DNA of 64,000 nucleotides from contig OX597836.1 of assembly GCA_951406725.2 (NCBI GenBank), positions 5,084,001 to 5,148,000 of the forward strand, written 5' to 3'. This document shows positions 56,381 through 64,000 of the stretch, one piece after another (the stretch's first letter is position 1; each line of letters opens with the position of its first letter). The DNA comes from Octopus vulgaris (lineage: Eukaryota). The notes beneath the pieces are model-generated. The model was given only the letters and a program-made list of their open reading frames with translations, was not told where the DNA came from and searched no databases. Both the position numbers and the translations under genes were made by a program.

Positions 56381-56610
56381 ATTTCTTTATTGCCCACAGG
56401 GGGCTAAACATAGAGGGGACAAACAAGGACAGACAAGGGGATTAAGTCGATTATATCGACACTAGAGATTTACTGGTACTTATTTAATCGATCCAGAAAA
56501 GAAGGAAGGCAAAGTTGACCTCGGCGGAATTTGAACTCAGAACGTAACGGCAGCGAAATACCGCTAGGCATTTCGCCGGGCGTGCTAACGTTTCTGCCAT
56601 CTCGCCGCCT
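56381..56610 (-). mobile_element. SINE family C within (GA)n
   Basis: Reverse complement of 37747-37980, flanked by (GA)n. Confidence 0.85.
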
Positions 56611-56656
56611 CAGAGAGAGAGAGTGAGAGAAATAAAGAAAGAATGAAGGAAAGAAG

Positions 56657-56729
<73 letters not shown>

Positions 56730-57679
56730 GTGACCGCGAGTATATGCTGTGGTTATTCAAAATATATTTCATGTCTGCTAAAAATTTGAAATGAGTCTAG
56801 AGTCAGATCCGAAATACAAACGGAACACATTTAGGAAATGAGAATGTAATTCAAAGGTAATAGATTTAGGAGAAGCAAAAAGGAATAAATGGTAAAACAC
56901 ATTAAAGGAATAATGGTAAAGACAGAACAGACAAAATGCCATCAGCGTCAAATGGCTCCCATTCGACGCTAGTCTCTCTTTCCTTCATTTTGCTTCTTGT
57001 CTCTTAAGCATTAAACGTTCCGTCTTTCTCCACATCATTTACTTGGAGATTAGAGATGTCCATATATGGTAATACTTTCTGAACGCTAAGTGTCATGATT
57101 TCGTGCTACGAGAACAAACCACTTCATTTTCAACCATTTTAACAATTGTCAGAAGAAATTTCTGTTTCTGAAATGTTCCGATCAGTTCCATTCATAACAC
57201 ACTCGTCAGTTTATTGTTCTCTCGCTTGAAATGTAAAATGTCTTTCTTTAACATTTCGTTTCAAAAAATCATGATTATTTTACACACGTTCACCATCCAA
57301 AGTCAATTATTTGCGCCCATAGAATTTAGCTTAAAATACCCTTGCTCTTGGAAAAAGAGAACAACAAAAAAGGGTCGAAAAGGAATCAAAAATACAATTT
57401 TTCATTCAGTAATTATTTTTAAATTTGGATAAATGGATAATTTTTTCTCCATTGCTATTCTAACGCTTTCAATCCAGAATTTTATTTTATTCTTTGATCT
57501 CACAACAGTTATTGTGCTTCTCAAATATTAAAACTATTCAACTTGTTTGAGCGTCTTCTCTCCTATTTCAAATCGAATGACAATATTTTTGTGTCTCCTC
57601 TTCTTTTTTTCGGGCACATATTTACACGATTTATTTCAAAAAAGAAATAACTAGCACAACATGATCGAACGTTGATTGC

Positions 57680-58660
57680 AAATTTAGGCACGAGAGGACC
57701 ACGTGATGACATCGAACCATTCCCTTGACTAGTACTTCAATTTATCGACCTTGAAAGAATAAAAGATAAAACGGACCTCTGTCCTATTCGAATTCAGAAA
57801 ATATCTGTTAGGACAAATAGCACCAAGAAATTTTCTCCGAAACTCTAACACAGCCTAGAAACACAACCACCATTTTAGGCTGAAATTTTTGCACAAAGTC
57901 AGCAATTTTGGGCAGGGAGTAAGTTGATTATATCGACCCCAGTATTCAAATTTTGGCACAAGGCCAGTAATTTCAGCAGAGAGAAGGTAATTCGATCTGA
58001 GAAGAATTTGAACTCAAAACAAAAAGACAGACGAAAGTATTCTGTCTGGTGTACTAACGATTCTGCCTGCTGGCCACCCTGTGAATATACATATATTACA
58101 TTCACACATTACATAAGGTGTTACTGGTGTTGCCCTGAGTTTTTAAAAAATGATCACGTGCATCGTAACATTAAAACATATAATGATCAATATAGATGTA
58201 TTATCAATTCGAAAGAATGAAAGACAAAGTCAACCACGGCAGAATTTAAACTTGGAAGCCGGATGAAATGCCGCTAAGCATTTTGTTCGGCGTGCTAAAA
58301 ATTTTGCCACCTCACAGCTTTAATAATAATCCTTCATATTATAGGCACAACGCTGATATTTTGGGGGAAGAGGGTAGTGACCAACTGGTACTTACCTTAT
58401 CGACCCCGAATGGTAAATCCAACCTCGGTGGAATTTTGGGTTAAATAAATCGTCCGTCATGCTATCAAATCTGCCACTTCGCCATCTCAGACTCACAACC
58501 GTGATATTCTTTTCTACACTAGTCTCAAGGACCGAAATTTTGGAGGAGGGGAAAGTCGATTAAATCGGCCCCAGCAGGCAACTGGAACTTAATTTATCGA
58601 TTCCGAAAGGATGAAAGGCAAAGTCGACCTCGGCGGAATTCGAACTCAGAACATAAAAAC
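57680..58660 (-). mobile_element. Cluster of about 5 SINE B copies running into the assembly gap
   Basis: Recurring ggcacaagg / tttatcgac / gaactcag motifs; the last copy is cut by the Ns. Confidence 0.7.
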
Positions 58661-58760
58661 NNNNNNNNNNNNNNNNNNNNNNNNNNNNNNNNNNNNNNNN
58701 NNNNNNNNNNNNNNNNNNNNNNNNNNNNNNNNNNNNNNNNNNNNNNNNNNNNNNNNNNNN
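58661..58760. other. Assembly gap (100 N)
   Basis: Run of 100 n. Confidence 1.
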
Positions 58761-60637
58761 AATGAGAGAGAGAGAGAGGGGGCAAAGATAGAGAGAATGT
58801 ACTTTTGTGCAACCTATTGTTATATACATACACAATAACACGAGGAACTCTATTCGAATTAATTCGTAATCATTAACCAAAAACCTTTTGAAAGATACAA
58901 ATTGAAAATTGAAATCAACTGTGAGAGATGACAAATAAACAAATAAACCTTGTCTTTATTGTGTCATGGTATGATAAGACGATAGTATTTCGTGTAGCAA
59001 TATCAGGCAAAGTAGGTAAATTGTAATTCCATCAATGATATAAACACTGCTTCGGGCTACTAGTTAAAAATAGATATATTATTGCCTATATGAAAAGCTG
59101 AGTAGTGCAGCGAACCTCTTTCTCACTCTATTTTCACAGACCTAAGCAAATAATGAAGGAATTGTTGCTTCTAGGTGCAGCAGAAATACAAATGAAATAC
59201 ACCACTATATCTATGATACTTCTAAATATCTAGGATAGACCTTAAAGGTACATAGAACTCATTTACAATCTTAATTAAAAAAAACTATTTCTCCAACGAT
59301 ATCGAGCTTGAGAAAAGAAATTTAACAGAGCAAAACACAGGAATTTATTTGTATGTTGAATGCGCGATTAAGAAAGCGAATTAAAAATTTACAGCACAAG
59401 CAAAGATGGCCCTCAAAGATATGGGCTGACAGGTAAAAAATGTGGAAAATTAGCGCGTCTATCAGCAATACGGAATTTACAGTATTATCTACAGCATCAT
59501 ACATGGCTCCAGAGCAATTTGATATATATATATATATGCACACACACACACAAATGCAAACATTTATATACACACATGTATATATACATACATATATATA
59601 TATCTACCCATACATACATCCAAAAATACAAACATATACGCTTAAATATACATGCATACATATATGCATATATACATATATATATATATATGTGTGTGTG
59701 TGTGTATGTATATATATATATGTATATATATATATGAGTTTTGTTGTTTGTAACAAAATGAGAACAAACAGTGAGTTCCCTACATAAATATATTCTAAAT
59801 TCTAAAGGTGAAGACCCTTATAGATTACACTATACACTTGTTTATACAATCGATATGTCAAATAACGAATAGCAAAGTGGTGAAGATGTGTTAGCGCGTG
59901 TGTATGTGTTAATTATGCTTACGTGGTTGACAAAAGAATATGTTGGCTGGGTAAAAATATAACTGTACATCATCTTTGTAACAGAAATATGTGTGCCACT
60001 AACATTGTCCCGGCTTCTCTCTTGAGGCGTGAAACATTAGTTACCATAAATTGTAATACGAAGTGCCTACTGAAGATGTATCACACTCTACAATACAGCA
60101 GATCTCAATAGTGGTCCGTATGACTTCTAGGGAGGGGATCTATAAAATATTTTTTGAGTGTCCACGCAAGTAAAATAATAGATTGAGGACATATATTAAA
60201 TGTCCGTGAAAGAAAATTGATTTACTTGTATTTATTGCAAGGAAAAGCGAGGTTTCTTTTTCCAACAGTTTATGCACTTCAGCCAACGCACGTGAATGCG
60301 TGACAAACAAATTAGGAATTTTGAAAGACGTATATATAAAACTAGTTTTTAAACGCCGTATGCGTATTTTACAGCACATATTTCACTATTTTAAAATAGT
60401 AATCAAAGTGGTACATTGGTAAAAGTACTGCTCTACAAGTCAATGTATGAAGGCTGTGTCGCAGCATGGCCGCAGTCTAATGGCTGAAGCAATTAAAAGA
60501 TAAAATAAATGGGAATATTATGGTTTGTCCTTTGAGGACAATGTTGATTGTTTACACATCTGTCGTCCCTGTTTCTAATGTTACCCCGTTTGGGCAAGGT
60601 GTATATGCTCTACATGTTAATATATATGGATTATATA

Positions 60638-61250
60638 GCGGCGGCACTTTGGCAGAATCGTTAGCACGCAGGGGAAAATGTTTAGTGGCGTTTCGTCTGT
60701 ATATACGTTCTGAGTTCAAATTCTGCTGAGGTCGACTTCGCCATTTGTCCTTTCGAGATCGATAAAATAATTACCTGTTGAGCACTGGGAGCAGTGTAAT
60801 TGACTTACCCACTTCTCCATAATTGCTGGCATTGTCCCAAAACTTGAAAGATATATATATAGATCCTTAACCCATTTGCAGTGCTTTCCATTAAATATAC
60901 CTCTACAAAATTGCGGTGGATCGTAAGACAAATTCGAATATATCATGATGCATGCAAAACACCATGCATTTCACAATGAACCTGATGCTCGAAGACTGTA
61001 CAGCTTTCGAAGGAAATGTGATGAAATCTTACTGGTTTCAAATTTTGGCACAAGGCCAACAATTCTGGCATTGGTATAGCTAAGTCTATTACATTTACCC
61101 AAGTGATCTTAACTGATACTTATTTTATAAACATCAAAAGGATAAAAGAGAAGGTCATCTTCGGCAGAATTAGAACAGAGAACTTTAAAACGGATGCAAT
61201 GTCGCGAAACGTTTTAATCGCCAAGCTAATGATTCTTCCAGCTCGCAGCT
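60638..61250. mobile_element. Two convergent SINE B copies (plus 60638-60850, minus 61035-61250)
   Basis: ggcagaatcgttagcacg...gagttcaaattc on plus, with a degenerate reverse complement downstream. Confidence 0.65.
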
Positions 61251-62783
61251 CTCAGACCACTTTTAGGAGTCTTATATGATAAAGTTTAATATAGTCGTTA
61301 AAAATGTAACAAATCGATTACATTTATGGCAGTAAAATTCTCACAAACCATCGGAGTTTATTTTGGGTTTCTAAAGTTCTAAACTTGAAGTGTATGTAAA
61401 AAGAGAGGTCGCGGAGGTCAAAATGTGATGACCAATCGTCGTAATATACTAATTCTATATAAGACAACGATGGTGAAAATACGATGAAAGCGTGCTTACA
61501 CTGCGGGTATTTTCTGTAAATTGTTGACAATATAATTAAATAAAAGCAAATATTATGTGACGTAATCTTGCTCAAACTGGGTAAGAAAAGCAACGGGGGC
61601 GACAGAAGGGTAGACAAGTACCATAGTCTTGTGTAGTATATTTCCTGAAAGGACAAAACAAAATATTCTCATATCTTTCATTTTTTTATTTTTTTTCATT
61701 CGTAATAATAATAATAATAATAATGATAAATTCGTATAAATTACATAAATTGCAACAACTTAATACTACAACGCTGTGAATAAGCATGCTAAACTACACC
61801 GATATAAAATGTCGAATTGAAGGCACCATGGCATCTCAAGAAATACGCCCAGCATAACTTTGCTAACTGACAGAAATGGACTATTAAAACAAATAAGATT
61901 TGAAGGTTTTTGGAGGTGGAAGGGGTTTTATTCTTGTTATTGGAGATATGGACATTGATCTTAGATCGTAATATTTGCTGGCTGTAGTGTTTTATGGTGT
62001 CGCTTTTCACTACCGAATCACTTCGTTTCTCGCATTTTAAAATGCTTCTGAAGAGATCCCACTTTCGCTATCTCCTCAATAATTGCATTCTTGTTTTTCT
62101 GTATATGAAAAAAAGCTTTCTATAAAATTTCAATTCAGACACAATCAGATTTTTTTTCAAACTTTCAATATTCCACATCCATTATTCACACCCATAGAAA
62201 AGAGATGGAATTAATAACGCTCTTAAAAAAAAAAAAAATATATATATATATAAAAAGCGAAATGTCCTTGTTAGTGAAATCATTTCTATTTTTCGAAACA
62301 TTTAGCAAACGCTGACGCAGCATCTGCGTCCCTGCGTTTTGTTCGTTCTTTGATCTCGACACCATTTGTTATTGTACTTCACAACTATTAAAATTTATCA
62401 ACTGGTATGAAAATTCTTCCCTTCTCTTCAAATTGGATTGTCTATTATGTTTCATTTTCCCATTTATTCTTACATTGTAGTTGCTGCTTAAACACCTATT
62501 TCCATTCCATATTGTCGTGTAAAAATGACAGAACACCATCAAATAGAAACTAGGACGACTATAGACTATTACCAAAGAACTGCTAAAGCTTAGCTGCATC
62601 ACCTGCATCAATGCTTAACAGGACGTCACATACTGACACACATCGACCACTACACGAAACACACGCGCCGTTTACTCTCTGTCACTTCCACCCATACTAC
62701 ACTACTTGTTCTTACTTGCAGCGGTTGTCACACGGTCTGAGTTGAACAGGCTCCGACCAACGGGTTCAACACGTCTCTCACGA

Positions 62784-63221
62784 ATACTTTTCTACTCTCG
62801 ACACGAGGCTCGCAATTTTGGAGGAGGGATCCAGTTGATTAGGATCGACCCCAGTACACAAGTGTAATTTAATTTATCGACCTCGAAAGGATGAAAGGCA
62901 AAGTCGACCTCGGCGGAATTTGAACTCAGAACATAAAGACAGACGAAACACCACTAAGCACTTCACCCGGATAGCTAACCTTTCTGCCAGCTTGCCGCCT
63001 TAAAGAATCTTTTCTACTCTAGGCACAAGGCTCGAAATTTTGGAGGAGGTGCCAGTCGATTAGATCGACCCCATTATGCAACTGGTACTTAATTTATCGA
63101 TCCCGAAAGGATGAAAGGCAAAGTCGACCTCGGCGGAATTTGAACTCAGAACGTAAAGACTGACAAAACACCGCTAAGCATTTCGCCCGGCGTGCTAACC
63201 TTTCTGCCAGCCCTCCGCCTT
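62784..63221 (-). mobile_element. Two head-to-tail full-length SINE family B copies
   Basis: Two ~217-bp units (62784-63001, 63005-63221), each with gagttcaaattccgccgaggtcgactttgcctttcatcc on the minus strand. Confidence 0.88.
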
Positions 63222-63279
63222 AGGTCCCTCACAACTACTGACCACATATGGTGGTCGCCTCTAACGTTCGAACAGACAA

Positions 63280-63680
63280 AGTAATATTCCTGCCTGGGAC
63301 CCCAAAATTCCAGGTTGCATATATGACAAATGCCCCTAAGGGTGAAACGCTCATCAAATAGCGTGGTTCTCATTCATTGATGAGGTATAAAGTTCACTTG
63401 TGTTCCTTATTTACATACATACCACAAAAGTGGCACCTACTAATCGAAAGCAGCAGATCAAACAATGCTGCCTCCAGGCAGTTTTCTTTCATTCGTCTTT
63501 CCTTCTCGTATCTTGAAAATAGTCTTACCTCACATTCCGAACTAACCAGAACACCCACGTCTCTTTACCCAGGCCGACAGCTTCTGGAAATTCTTCCTCG
63601 GAACCAATTTCCTTTTTCCTACATCTGACGATTTGTAACTGAATCGTTAACAGCATCAAACTCACCGATTTTAGGTGAAG
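63280..63680 (+). mobile_element. Highly decayed CR1/Jockey-group LINE 3' remnant
   Basis: RT..SL.P...(W)N.LP...FP-like motif. The end tttttcctaca... is similar to the 17.4 kb element. Confidence 0.35.
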
Positions 63681-64000
63681 GAGGGGTCTGAAAAAGCTAT
63701 GAACTCATTCCTTTCATCTTAGACGCATAAATAATATATAGGAATATAAGCAAAAATAAATACGAAATAGAAATTCGAGCGAATATATTTTAATCATTAA
63801 ATCCAAGCCACAACAATAATCAAAGCGGGAAATGTCTAAATGATTGATAGAATCCCGTTGCTGTAGAGCAATGAAAGATTTTCCCGATATTTAAACTTAA
63901 CGATTAAATACGATCAACAATACATCATAAACTTATTGAACATAGATATAAACTGCAATATCACGTGGCAACCCGAATAATCTATGCAACAACCAACTGG

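Noticed and set aside
62040-62090. CTGAAGA followed by a GAGAT/ATCTC hairpin; other isolated CTGANGA words (16619, 28863, 46088, 49492)
   Set aside because: No correctly placed GAAA and stem III; expected by chance.
62784-63221. Tandem repeats suggestive of a CRISPR-like array
   Set aside because: The units are whole ~217-bp SINEs without unique spacers, in a eukaryotic context with no cas genes.

Overview
AT-rich, repeat-dominated eukaryotic non-coding DNA (intergenic or deep intronic). The tRNA-derived SINE families and dense (TA)n/(CA)n/(GATA)n/(CATA)n microsatellites resemble a coleoid cephalopod, most likely Octopus (inference from repeat style). I could not support any host exon, and nearly all long ORFs in the track are microsatellite translations. 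Recognisable coding remnants are all from transposons: a truncated mariner transposase (26.4-27.2 kb), an internally deleted Tc1/mariner-like element nested in a SINE, RTE and CR1/Jockey-group LINE 3' ends, and probable Penelope-like element (PLE) fragments. There is a 100-N assembly gap at 58661-58760. The most interesting signal is a set of about 10 hammerhead-ribozyme (HHR) motifs of the minimal, palindromic-stem-III type known from PLEs. They include a near-perfect 138-bp inverted pair (6262-6597), a complete type-I HHR (49828-49892, minus strand), and a composite element joining a tRNA-like Pol III head to an HHR tail, with an inverted second HHR arm and a 10-bp target-site duplication (36157-36639). 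All coordinates and structures were read by eye.
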